DNA of 64,000 nucleotides, from the UHGV virus genome UHGV-0200554; one strand, given 5' to 3'. This DNA is from a virus. The translations under genes and the position numbers were made by a program. Shown here piece by piece: positions 26,141 to 35,306 of the stretch. Under the pieces are notes generated by a model. The model searched no databases and had not been told where the DNA came from. It worked only from the letters and a program-made list of their open reading frames with translations. Each line of letters begins with the position of its first letter. The first letter of the stretch is position 1.

Positions 26141-26658
26141 TATTCTGGTCCTATCCACATGAATGGTGGAAGTTTCAGCAGGTCCTGTTTATCCCACACA
26201 AAGAAGGCATACGCCTGACCATCAGTTCTGCCGTTCTCCTGGAAGGATGGACGCTTGGCAATGGTGATTATCGTTGTGGGTTGGTGGGTTTGCCACCACT
26301 CATAACGTGTCTTTGACTCAAGAAAATTCAGACGAAGTAGCATGATCACCACATCAGCATCACTCAGACCTTTCTCAATAAACTCTTGAGCTTTAGAGAA
26401 GGGCGGGTTGGTCACAATGCAGTTAACATGTGGGTAATCTGTTTTCAGATAGTCCACACCTTCCTGAATTTCACCCCAGGCTGAACCTAACGGCATATTG
26501 CTGTAGAACGGCCCTGTTGCACTGTTTCTGCACGGCTCCATGAACGTGAAGTGGTCAGGGAAGTCAATCAGTTCGAATAGTGCATCCGCTAAATATTGTG
26601 GGGTGACATATTCATCATAGGGTTTACGTTCACTATCTGGCTTGCGAGCACAGGTCAT
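26140..26658 (-). CDS. Putative phage Dam-type DNA N6-adenine methyltransferase (172 aa)
   Basis: NPPF motif (IVTNPPFSKAQEF) in a small protein typical of phage Dam family. Confidence 0.55.
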   Translation of the reverse strand: MTCARKPDSERKPYDEYVTPQYLADALFELIDFPDHFTFMEPCRNSATGPFYSNMPLGSAWGEIQEGVDYLKTDYPHVNCIVTNPPFSKAQEFIEKGLSDADVVIMLLRLNFLESKTRYEWWQTHQPTTIITIAKRPSFQENGRTDGQAYAFFVWDKQDLLKLPPFMWIGPE

Positions 26659-26675
26659 AAATAAATCTCCAGATC

Positions 26676-26698
26676 AAAAAAGCCCTCCGAAGAGGGCT
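26676..26698 (-). terminator. Intrinsic terminator with UUCG tetraloop (leftward)
   Basis: Minus strand AGCCCTC-UUCG-GAGGGCT followed by TTTTTT. Confidence 0.6.
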
Positions 26699-26712
26699 TA
26701 GCGTTATGTTAA

Positions 26713-27768
26713 TCAGCCCAGCAATTTATCATGAAGATCTTTGCCAGCTTTGATGATTTTTTTAACCAGACGACCACGGTTGTTGTCTTTAACTTCAATT
26801 TCTTCACCAGTTAAAGCACCGTGTAACTGAACCAGAATCTCACGGAGTTCTGCAACAGTGAAGTCTTTCAGCTCTTCTTCACTTAACGTTGCAACGTTCA
26901 GTTTAAAGTTACGACCATCGTCCATCAGCAGATTCAGATAAACATCTTTCGGTTTATCTTCTTCCTTGTCTTTAGCTTTCGCTTCATGGATAGCTTTTAC
27001 CAGTTCTTCCATAGAATTGCATTGACGAACTTCCGGTAAACCTTCTTCACCTAACAAGCCACGGTCTTTGTTGAAAGGCAGAGCCTGCTGACCAGCCTGA
27101 ATACGTGCAATATTCTCTTCGTCAAGGATGATTGCACCAGTGCGTTCAGCCATGTCTTCTTCGTTCAACCAGACCTGACCACCACCTTTAATTTTCGCAA
27201 TCTCTTCTTCAGTCAGAACACCAGTGTACATTTTATCAATCAAGCGATCAAAATGACGTTTGAAGAAAGTTACCTGATCGTGCATGTTAGCACCGTCACC
27301 ATAAGTCCCGCCCTGGTAGTTATGGAACATGAATTCACAGTTCGGAGACAAAGTACGTTCTTTTGCACCTAACCACAGAATAGTACCAGCAGAGCAGACC
27401 ATACCTTCAGCGTGAGTAACTACATGGCCCTGAGATTCACGCATTGCTTGGAGATAAGCCATAGCAATGTTAACGCAACCCCCTGGGCTATTGATGATAA
27501 TTCTAATAGAATCATCAGGTTGCAGCATACGAATCAGTTGTAAACGAGATAGATGGTCCTGAAGGTCTTCTAAGTCATCAATATAGATGACATGATCCAT
27601 AACCGGAGCAGGATAGCTGTATGTTTCCATGATGCCACCAGGCATACCGAACATTTTGTTCTGCATCGGTTCTACTGCTTTCTCGTTGCGTTCAGGCTGA
27701 CGACGATTGTTATAAAATTTGTTCATGATAGCGATCCTTATGTGAGGGTAGACTTGTTGTAGCGTCAC
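26713..27768 (-). CDS. ClpP-like serine peptidase with ~130-aa C-terminal extension (351 aa)
   Basis: INSPGG, GMVCSAG (Ser) and MFHNYQGG (His) motifs align with E. coli ClpP blocks. Confidence 0.7.
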   Translation of the reverse strand: MTLQQVYPHIRIAIMNKFYNNRRQPERNEKAVEPMQNKMFGMPGGIMETYSYPAPVMDHVIYIDDLEDLQDHLSRLQLIRMLQPDDSIRIIINSPGGCVNIAMAYLQAMRESQGHVVTHAEGMVCSAGTILWLGAKERTLSPNCEFMFHNYQGGTYGDGANMHDQVTFFKRHFDRLIDKMYTGVLTEEEIAKIKGGGQVWLNEEDMAERTGAIILDEENIARIQAGQQALPFNKDRGLLGEEGLPEVRQCNSMEELVKAIHEAKAKDKEEDKPKDVYLNLLMDDGRNFKLNVATLSEEELKDFTVAELREILVQLHGALTGEEIEVKDNNRGRLVKKIIKAGKDLHDKLLG

Positions 27769-27780
27769 TGCATCACCACC

Positions 27781-28098
27781 TTATCTTGCTACAACGTATT
27801 TGTAAGTGTTGTCGTTCTCTGGAATTCCTGCAATGTCAACAATGTACCAGATTACACCGTCTATGTCAACCTTTTCTCCAACAAATTTTACTTCACTTGT
27901 GAAATACTCCATAGACTCTGTGAACATCTTGTAAGACGAATTTGTCAAGATTGCCACACTTTCTACAGAACCGTCAGGATTCTTAATCCATGCATTACGT
28001 GTTCCCTTATTGGCTACGATATAACCTTCACCTTTAGGGACAAGGCAATACACTTTGTTTAGTCTTTCTTGCAATGATAGGAATCTCTTTTCTGCCAT
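27781..28098 (-). CDS. hypothetical protein (105 aa)
   Basis: ORF; promoter at 28125-28153. Confidence 0.5.
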   Translation of the reverse strand: MAEKRFLSLQERLNKVYCLVPKGEGYIVANKGTRNAWIKNPDGSVESVAILTNSSYKMFTESMEYFTSEVKFVGEKVDIDGVIWYIVDIAGIPENDNTYKYVVAR

Positions 28099-28124
28099 AC
28101 TTCGTTCTCCTCTTTATGGGACTA

Positions 28125-28153
28125 ACTATAACAGAAACGATGAGGGTTGTCAA
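28125..28153 (-). promoter_or_regulatory. sigma70 promoter (leftward), extended -10
   Basis: Minus strand TTGACA, 17 bp spacer, TGTTATAGT. Confidence 0.5.
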
Positions 28154-28221
28154 CAGTTTTCTTTCAATAAATTTTAAAATACTACCCACAAAGGGGGCCG
28201 AAGCCCCCGTGTTGTGAGTGA

Positions 28222-29010
28222 TTATTCAGATACCGGAGTCCAGATTTTATTTTTACGGTCTTCAATAAGGTTAAGAGCAATCTGGCGACCAATACCAGAA
28301 CGGACTACATCATCTGGACTATCGAAGTCTACCATACCAACTTCTTCGTCCGGGTGACGAGTGAAGAAGTCAGTAACCCATGCAAGGCCAGAACGACCTG
28401 CAATATCGCGTTGCGAGTTATCACCCATGATTACCAGCGTTGCCTGGTCTGAAACACGAGTGATGATCGACAACATTTCTTCCGGTGAAGTTTGCTGTGC
28501 TTCGTCAATCAGTACAAAGCAGCGTTCGTCGAAAGAACGACCACGAATTGATTCAACTTCGCAAATCTCAATGCGGCTGTTCTGACCATCACCAAGCATA
28601 GCTGCAAATGCACCACCACCAACCTGACGGCGAATAGTGTCCATCATGCTACGCAAATAAGGCCAAAGTTTCTGCATCGCATTACCAGGTTTAAACCCTG
28701 AAGTTTTACCAGTCTGAACATATGGACGTGCAACAATGATTTTATCAATCTCATTTTTGCGTAACTGTTGACCAGCAAAAGCTGAAGCCATGAACGTTTT
28801 ACCGCTACCGAACACACCGTTTACGATAACAATCTTCTTAGTTTGTAAGAAGTGCAGATATAACCCTTGTTTTTTGTTGAGAGGACGGATAGCAGGAGCA
28901 TTATACTCACGTTCTTCAGCAAATTTTTCCGCTGCGTGTCTCATACGCTCGTTTTTACGAGCTTCTTTAGCATCTTCACGCATACGACGAGTTTCGCGAC
29001 TTCTACCCAT
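28222..29010 (-). CDS. phoH: PhoH-like ATPase (262 aa)
   Basis: Walker A GVFGSGKTF, Walker B VLIDEAQ, PhoH-family length and layout. Confidence 0.85.
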   Translation of the reverse strand: MGRSRETRRMREDAKEARKNERMRHAAEKFAEEREYNAPAIRPLNKKQGLYLHFLQTKKIVIVNGVFGSGKTFMASAFAGQQLRKNEIDKIIVARPYVQTGKTSGFKPGNAMQKLWPYLRSMMDTIRRQVGGGAFAAMLGDGQNSRIEICEVESIRGRSFDERCFVLIDEAQQTSPEEMLSIITRVSDQATLVIMGDNSQRDIAGRSGLAWVTDFFTRHPDEEVGMVDFDSPDDVVRSGIGRQIALNLIEDRKNKIWTPVSE

Positions 29011-29104
29011 TTTGGGACTCCTTAGTTGAGGATAATTGGGGAATATTGTTTCAGACCGCTACACTTCAGCACCGCACGGCCTAATCAACGGCTGTTTTCT
29101 TGAA

Positions 29105-29464
29105 TCATCCCAGGAGTTCAGTTAAAGATTGATCAAGTCCGGCTGCTACGCCTTGTACACGAATGTTGAGTTTCTCTGTGTGGATCAGTTCCTCCAGCTC
29201 TTTCACGGAGAACTCTTTCGCCATTGCATCCACCATAATCTCCCGCACTTTGGCCTGAGTTTTAGCTAACAATGCTTTTTCAAGTTGTTTAGCTTTTGCT
29301 TCCAGGTCTTTCATTAGGCGAGGATCGGTAGATTTCTGTAGTAACAGGCGAATACCTTCCAATTCAAATTGAATACTTTCAGCATGGCCTGCCATCATAC
29401 GTGGAAATACTAAATCCACAAATTCTTGAGCCAAAGCTCTGCGTTTGTCTACATTAATCGGCAT
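29105..29464 (-). CDS. hypothetical helical protein (119 aa)
   Basis: ORF in leftward block. Confidence 0.5.
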   Translation of the reverse strand: MPINVDKRRALAQEFVDLVFPRMMAGHAESIQFELEGIRLLLQKSTDPRLMKDLEAKAKQLEKALLAKTQAKVREIMVDAMAKEFSVKELEELIHTEKLNIRVQGVAAGLDQSLTELLG

Positions 29465-29465
29465 T

Positions 29466-29588
29466 ATTCTTCTTCCTCTTCTTTTGCTTTACGTTTTGCC
29501 CTTTCCATTTCTTCATGTTTACGCCGACGTTTAAGCTCCAGTGCCATTTCTTTCTTCAGAGCTTTTTTCAGCATTTTCTTAGCCATCT
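29466..29588 (-). CDS. small Lys/Glu-rich protein (40 aa)
   Basis: RBS gaggagggg; not in ORF track. Confidence 0.35.
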
Positions 29589-29617
29589 CAAGGCCCCTCC
29601 TCTGTTTTGTTGAGCTA

Positions 29618-29647
29618 AGTATAACAAAGTTTACTGAGCTTTGTCAA
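29618..29647 (-). promoter_or_regulatory. Putative sigma70 promoter (leftward)
   Basis: Minus strand TTGACA, 18 bp spacer, TATACT. Confidence 0.45.
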
Positions 29648-29684
29648 CCAATCTTTTAAGTATCATGTATTGTTTGCTTGCTTT

Positions 29685-30170
29685 TCAATCAACCTTGTGC
29701 CAGATACCATCTTTCTTAACATAAAAGCACTGATTATCAGAGCCACGGAAAGGTTTCTTTGTTGGCAGGTCTTTCTCATATCTGCCATCGATAAGCATGT
29801 CAGCAAGGCATTCTACCTGGGCACGTACCCAAATCGGTAGTTCTTCCAATACGTAGCCAGTATACACTAAAATGGTCTTCTTGTCACCAAATTTTTTGCG
29901 GATTTCTCGCATTACTGAAAGAATGCCTTCCACGTTATAAGGTGCAAGAGGTTCACCACCGAGGAAACTGATTCCGTCGATGTAGTTATTATCCAGATCT
30001 TGAAGTATTTTGTCAAGATGTTTTTCTGAAAATGGTGTACCTTTATCTGGGTCGAAATAGGAAGCGTTAAAACACCCCTTGCAGTGATGTATGCAACCAG
30101 ACACCCACACAGCAACCCTGATACCTGGCCCCTCTGTATAAGAGGCCGAATCATAACCAACTATGTTCAT
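29685..30170 (-). CDS. nrdG: Anaerobic ribonucleotide reductase activating protein (radical SAM), 162 aa
   Basis: Trimmed to MNIVGYD start after ggagggagg RBS; CxxxCxxC-type cluster CIHHCKGCFN. Confidence 0.85.
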   Translation of the reverse strand: MNIVGYDSASYTEGPGIRVAVWVSGCIHHCKGCFNASYFDPDKGTPFSEKHLDKILQDLDNNYIDGISFLGGEPLAPYNVEGILSVMREIRKKFGDKKTILVYTGYVLEELPIWVRAQVECLADMLIDGRYEKDLPTKKPFRGSDNQCFYVKKDGIWHKVD

Positions 30171-30228
30171 CTTCCTCCCTCCAAAAAGATGCACATCCTT
30201 GTGCATCATTAGTAAATTACTCATCATC

Positions 30229-32364
30229 TCACAACATGCAGTGATCACCGCCTACATGTTTAACCCTCTCTATAACTTCCTGCTGTTTACCAACGTTGAA
30301 CGGACGAGCGTTTGGTGCACTCAAGTAACCAGATACACGCCGGATTACAGAGAGTGTTGCAGGATCATGGTTACCACATTCTGGGCATTCGAAACCTTTT
30401 GCTGTTGCCTTAGCTTCGCCTTTAAAGCCACATTTCATACAAAAATCAACAGGTTGGTTTACCCCGTAGTACATAATATGCTTGTAACCAAAATCAATAA
30501 GGGCTTCTAAAGCACCGAGGTTATTTCTCAGGTTTGGTGTCTCAATGTAACCAATGTTACCTCCGTTGGAGATCGTGGCAAAACCTTCCTCGTATAACCA
30601 TTTGTCAAAAGGTGTTGTATATAACCACACAGGTTGGTGGAAGCTGTTAGTCAGGTATTCACGTTCATGTTCCAGCACCCCAGGATACGCTCTGTCTAAG
30701 CAAGTAGCTGATTTATAGCATAAACTTTCGCTCGGCGTGCCGTACAAGCTAAAACCTAATCTGCTGCGTTCTTTGAACTCAACGCATTTATCCTTCATGT
30801 GCTGGAGGATACCCAGAGCAAGGTTTTTGTCGCCTTCCCTACCGAGGATTTGGCATGTTTCATAAACACCAATGTAGCCGATACTAATCGAAGCATAGCC
30901 ATCAAAAAACAAACTGTCTATGGTTTCTTCGGGGTCAAGACGGGCAAGAACACCCTCACACCACATGATCGGGTTCTGCCCCGCTTTTGTCCCTTTCAGG
31001 CGGTTGACACGAACCATGTGGGCATCGTATGCCAGTTCAAGATATTCATCAAGAACAGCGTAGAAGTCCGTACCCTCTGTCTTAGCTTTCGCTGCAATCA
31101 TAGGCAGGTTAAGGCTAACAACACCTAGATTGAAGCGCCCCAGATATTTCTCTTCACCTGTTTGTTGGTCGATATATTTAGAGAGGTAGCTTCTACATCC
31201 CATGCTTGTAACATCACCAGCAGTAGAACCTGTAACTTTTCTGTTCAAAGGCACAGAAACAAAGTCTGGGTAAATTCGTTCTGCTGAGCATTCCAAAGCC
31301 AGGCGTTTCAGGTCATAATTTGGGTCACCTGGGTTAAGGTTCACACCTTCTTCAAGGAAGAACAAAACTTTAGGGAATACCGGGGTTATATGATCCTCCC
31401 CAATACCACCTTTGTGAACCATAAGATAGTTTTTAGTAATCATCCTCCCAAATTTAGAAGTATCTAGACCTAAACTGATAGTCAAAAACGGAGTTTGGCC
31501 GTTGGTGCTGGTTAATGTGTTGATTTGATAGAGAAAACATTGCATACTATCGTACACATCTTTCTCTGTCATTTCATCGGCGACGCTTTCCGGCAAACCG
31601 TGTTTTTTACAGAAAGATAAGTTTTTATTATGTGTTTTTTCTACATAAGGTACAAGATAGCGGTCTATGTGGCTGTACGTCTGCCCACCATATTGCCCAC
31701 CAGAAACAGCAGCTGAAATTTGTGAAAGAACTGTTGCAGCTACATTAATAGAATTGGGTGTTCCTATAGTTGCGTTACCTATTGTAAATCCATGCTCCAG
31801 CATGTCTGGGTAATTTACAAGACAACAGTTTGTTAATGAACTGATAATATAGTCAAGATCGTGCACATGTATAAAACCATCGGTATGTGCCTTCGAAATA
31901 TGTTCCGGTAGGATCTGTGTCACAGCTAAGTGCTTGCTTAGAATCCCAGCCAGTAAATCACGATGAGTGTGCACATGCTTGGTGGGTTTGTTAGCATTCT
32001 CCTTGGTGAATTCATCACAGGATTGGTCAAGGAAACCATTAACATCTGCCAGTAGTTTACCACCAGCTTCACGATTGTTGTCACGGGTTTTACGGTACTC
32101 AATGTAAGCACGGGCAGCATCCAGATAACCATAGCGCATCAAAGCGTTTTCCACCATTGTGTGGATTTCAGGTACTGTAATCTCCTCTTCATGCTGAGCA
32201 TAACTTTCCAGCTCAGAAACAATCTCGTCAGCAACAAAGTGTGCTGCATGGAACGCTCTTACCACATCAGCCCCAGATGCCTCCAGGGCTTTTTGTGCAG
32301 CTACCACTATTTTACGAGCATCAAAAGGTTCTGTTGTCAGATCTCTCTTGATTACGTTTAACAC
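30229..32364 (-). CDS. nrdD: Anaerobic ribonucleoside-triphosphate reductase (711 aa)
   Basis: Length and multiple blocks match E. coli NrdD (NANK, RDLLAGI, HDLDY, NGQTPF, GDPNYD); C-terminal glycyl-radical motif RVSGYLS. Confidence 0.95.
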   Translation of the reverse strand: MLNVIKRDLTTEPFDARKIVVAAQKALEASGADVVRAFHAAHFVADEIVSELESYAQHEEEITVPEIHTMVENALMRYGYLDAARAYIEYRKTRDNNREAGGKLLADVNGFLDQSCDEFTKENANKPTKHVHTHRDLLAGILSKHLAVTQILPEHISKAHTDGFIHVHDLDYIISSLTNCCLVNYPDMLEHGFTIGNATIGTPNSINVAATVLSQISAAVSGGQYGGQTYSHIDRYLVPYVEKTHNKNLSFCKKHGLPESVADEMTEKDVYDSMQCFLYQINTLTSTNGQTPFLTISLGLDTSKFGRMITKNYLMVHKGGIGEDHITPVFPKVLFFLEEGVNLNPGDPNYDLKRLALECSAERIYPDFVSVPLNRKVTGSTAGDVTSMGCRSYLSKYIDQQTGEEKYLGRFNLGVVSLNLPMIAAKAKTEGTDFYAVLDEYLELAYDAHMVRVNRLKGTKAGQNPIMWCEGVLARLDPEETIDSLFFDGYASISIGYIGVYETCQILGREGDKNLALGILQHMKDKCVEFKERSRLGFSLYGTPSESLCYKSATCLDRAYPGVLEHEREYLTNSFHQPVWLYTTPFDKWLYEEGFATISNGGNIGYIETPNLRNNLGALEALIDFGYKHIMYYGVNQPVDFCMKCGFKGEAKATAKGFECPECGNHDPATLSVIRRVSGYLSAPNARPFNVGKQQEVIERVKHVGGDHCML

Positions 32365-32386
32365 AGCAAAACTCCTCTAATTTTTA

Positions 32387-32632
32387 TCATTGATAATCTT
32401 TTGGATCACCAATGCCGAACTCTTTTTCAGCAATATCTACATCGGTGTCCCGTATTTGAGCTTCCATCTCTTGTCTGTCAAGTTCTTCCATTATGTTGAT
32501 GACTTTTCCTTTAAATTCATCAAAATAAACATCATCGCGTAGTCGGTTATCATCTGTGAGGCCATTGAACCACAACCATCCAACATATTCTGCACGACTA
32601 CCAAAACCTCTTTCTTCCCATTTTTTACTCAT
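32387..32632 (-). CDS. hypothetical protein (81 aa)
   Basis: Track ORF trimmed to ATG after gaggg RBS. Confidence 0.5.
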   Translation of the reverse strand: MSKKWEERGFGSRAEYVGWLWFNGLTDDNRLRDDVYFDEFKGKVINIMEELDRQEMEAQIRDTDVDIAEKEFGIGDPKDYQ

Positions 32633-32645
32633 TTTGCCCTCTGTA

Positions 32646-33110
32646 TTATGCTTCAAGTCCAAACAATTTTTCAAGACGTTTGAAATCGTCAATGTCGAAA
32701 GGTTCATCTTCGCCTATAGACATTTGTTGCTCTTTGTCCTGGCGTTTTGTGTACTTACGAACGTTCACGCGGTCTTCAACCGGAATATCATACGGCAGAT
32801 CAGAAACCAGTAATGCATCTTCCGGTACTTCTTCTACGTCAAGAATATCCACACCATGATAAATTTCTGGATACAGGAAATCTTTCCGCATTGTGCCAGC
32901 GAAGATATCTGCTTTACGATAATGTGTGGTTTTGTTTTTACAACGGACGTTCTTGCCTTTCATCACATCTATGTTCTTGAGGTCAAAACCTACAGCATAG
33001 AGTGCAGCCCGTAGCCCGTTTCTTGTCTTAAGATTAACACCTGGCAACTGTGCCAGAAAATCAAGGGTCACAGAGATAAATACTTTCTTAGGTGTCATCA
33101 TATCGCTCAT
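32646..33110 (-). CDS. hypothetical protein (154 aa)
   Basis: ORF in leftward block. Confidence 0.5.
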   Translation of the reverse strand: MSDMMTPKKVFISVTLDFLAQLPGVNLKTRNGLRAALYAVGFDLKNIDVMKGKNVRCKNKTTHYRKADIFAGTMRKDFLYPEIYHGVDILDVEEVPEDALLVSDLPYDIPVEDRVNVRKYTKRQDKEQQMSIGEDEPFDIDDFKRLEKLFGLEA

Positions 33111-33216
33111 TTCTGTCTCTCCTTGAAGCCGTCCTTTGGGCGAGACGAACTTCTATTTTACACTATATCTTGCGGTTGATCAATTACAAATTATCTATCG
33201 TTGGGCAAGGTTTTGC

Positions 33217-33423
33217 CTATCGGCACCTCCTTACCCTAAGATGATACTCTTTCTCTTTTGCTATGTCAATGTCTGCTTTAAACACCAAGTAACGATTGAG
33301 CATTTCTTGACACATATCGTGATTGATCCTGTTGGCAAAGACCAACTTTCCGTCCTTATCCTGCACTTCCAGCCAGTCACCTTCATGCACTACAGGATCA
33401 CCACCTTTAGCACACCGACTCAT
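33217..33423 (-). CDS. hypothetical protein (68 aa)
   Basis: ORF in leftward block. Confidence 0.45.
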   Translation of the reverse strand: MSRCAKGGDPVVHEGDWLEVQDKDGKLVFANRINHDMCQEMLNRYLVFKADIDIAKEKEYHLRVRRCR

Positions 33424-33425
33424 GG

Positions 33426-34028
33426 CTACTCCAGAATAGTATCCATGAAGTCTTCGATATCATACCAGTCATCTGCCAAGCAGTCAACCGGATTAGTCAG
33501 CTCATAGAACTGTTCGTACGGAGTTTTCATTTTAATCAGGATCGTTTTAGCTGGATCAAACTGATTAAAGAACTCATTACGGTCGTCTATCATCACATCA
33601 CAATTGATGTTACCTTTGAAATGTGTAGCATAGAAACCGTGGCCCTGTGAGTGATCATCAAGGTCCATGAAATCTTGAGTCCAACGCTTCAGGAAGCGAA
33701 CTTTTGAAGCCTGATGGCCTTTGTGGCACATTGAGATAAACGCAATCTGATGACCCTGTTTAACCCATTTCTTAAGAACATCCATTGCATGACCATACGG
33801 ACGAAGACGATCATACAAGTATGGATCCTCCCAGAAATCTTTAGGTTTCAGCATATGCTTACTCGGTTCAGGGAAGTATTTACCCAGGTCGTAGAACAAT
33901 CTACCATTCTTAGGATGCTCTTCTGGCAGAGTGAAATCACCATTCACTCTGTACATCGCTTCCATCCAGTTCCACCATGCACTATCTGTAGGAACAAGTG
34001 TGAGATCAACATCAACGCCGATTAACAT
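33426..34028 (-). CDS. HAD-superfamily phosphatase, 5'-deoxyribonucleotidase-like (200 aa)
   Basis: N-terminal HAD motif I DxDxT (GVDVDLTL); size fits phage 5'-nucleotidases. Confidence 0.5.
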   Translation of the reverse strand: MLIGVDVDLTLVPTDSAWWNWMEAMYRVNGDFTLPEEHPKNGRLFYDLGKYFPEPSKHMLKPKDFWEDPYLYDRLRPYGHAMDVLKKWVKQGHQIAFISMCHKGHQASKVRFLKRWTQDFMDLDDHSQGHGFYATHFKGNINCDVMIDDRNEFFNQFDPAKTILIKMKTPYEQFYELTNPVDCLADDWYDIEDFMDTILE

Positions 34029-34032
34029 ACTG

Positions 34033-35091
34033 CTACTCCTTTAAACTGTACACCCAGGGTTTAAGTATCGTTTTTTCTATCTCTTTTACAGCTTCCTTGA
34101 CACTACCGTTGTTACTTACAGTATAGTGCTCGGCACAGGTATTTGTCAAGGGTTTTCGTGAATCGTTTTCCCAGGTACAACCTTGTCTTTCGAGATGTAT
34201 AACAATAACTCTGAACCCCGCGTCTATAAGGACCTGCGCCTCTTCTTCAAAACCTGAATCAGAGCACAACACCAGGTTGCACTTATCTAAACGTATAGAG
34301 TTAAGGGTAAACCTACCGAACCAATCTTTTCCGTATTTTGGTTTAACATACTCCTCACTTAAGAACTTGAACCACTCCCTGTTGGTATATAATTTACCAC
34401 AAAACTCTATGTGTGGGATCCTCTCTTTGAAATCCCTGTTGTCATAAAAAGTTTCAAGCCTTTTATACATTTCCTTAGACAACAGTTTGCGGCTCCAGTA
34501 CCATAAACCTGATTTAAAACTGGCCTTGAAATGGTGCAGCCTGAATGCGTTACATATAAAATCCTTGCCAGAGCCTGGAGGTCCATTTAGCAATACGACG
34601 GTTTTTATCTTAAGAGCATCCTCTGCAAAATCTCTAGCAAAAGCGGCTTCCTCAAAAGTATCATAGTTCCCTAGAAATATAGACCTGTTGCTGCCGTCAC
34701 CTATTCTAGCACACCATTTGCTATTATGTTTGCTAAAAGTTACTCCAGTTTTACCGCTTGTGTTGTTCGAATACTTATTGCACCGTTTAGCAGCGCTGTT
34801 GTTAAATGTTTTACTCGTGCATTCAAGATTCCACACATAGTCCCCTACGTGGACTCCGTGCTTGTGGTTTATTACCATATCTTCTGACAAGGGATAGTAA
34901 AACATTTCCCAGATAATCCTATGCCTTTTATATCTTTTACCATTGTACCAAATTCTCCAGTAACCCTTTTTTCCCTCTGGGCCTCCTGCAAGATCACCTG
35001 CGTTATGACTAAACCTCCCTTTTTTTCCTTCAGTTGCCTCTTTCCAGTACAGCTTGCCTTTATCATATGTGAAAATATTATTCCAATCCAT
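34033..35091 (-). CDS. HNH-AP2 homing-endonuclease module fused in frame to P-loop kinase-like domain (352 aa)
   Basis: HNH-like VINHKHG, AP2-like GVTFSKHNSKWCARI..FEEAAFARD, then Walker A GPPGSGKD. Confidence 0.6.
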   Translation of the reverse strand: MDWNNIFTYDKGKLYWKEATEGKKGRFSHNAGDLAGGPEGKKGYWRIWYNGKRYKRHRIIWEMFYYPLSEDMVINHKHGVHVGDYVWNLECTSKTFNNSAAKRCNKYSNNTSGKTGVTFSKHNSKWCARIGDGSNRSIFLGNYDTFEEAAFARDFAEDALKIKTVVLLNGPPGSGKDFICNAFRLHHFKASFKSGLWYWSRKLLSKEMYKRLETFYDNRDFKERIPHIEFCGKLYTNREWFKFLSEEYVKPKYGKDWFGRFTLNSIRLDKCNLVLCSDSGFEEEAQVLIDAGFRVIVIHLERQGCTWENDSRKPLTNTCAEHYTVSNNGSVKEAVKEIEKTILKPWVYSLKE

Positions 35092-35100
35092 AATAATCTC

Positions 35101-35268
35101 CTACTGTTGAACAACACCAAACCACGATGCTGGAAACATACCGAGGTATCTGTTCATACCGTGTGGGAGATATACCAGCACATCGCAACCGACCTGCTCA
35201 ACCAGGTAGACACAACCGATCTGCAAAGTTTTATCAGCATCTTCTTTGAGGCATTTTGCTTTTAACAT
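35101..35268 (-). CDS. hypothetical protein (55 aa)
   Basis: RBS aggagtgg then ATG; preceded by GGGGC-UUCG-GCCCC hairpin. Confidence 0.4.
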   Translation of the reverse strand: MLKAKCLKEDADKTLQIGCVYLVEQVGCDVLVYLPHGMNRYLGMFPASWFGVVQQ

Positions 35269-35306
35269 TATCCACTCCTGAGGGGCCGAAGCCCCTCCAG
35301 CTTCTG

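Noticed and set aside
30799-31128. Plus-strand ORF 30799..31128 inside nrdD
   Set aside because: Antisense to a full-length NrdD; spurious.
34872-35120. ORF 34872..35120 (-) overlapping the start of the HNH-AP2-kinase gene
   Set aside because: Overlaps the better-supported 34033..35091 gene in another frame; a 55-codon ORF at 35101..35268 with an RBS is preferred for this interval.
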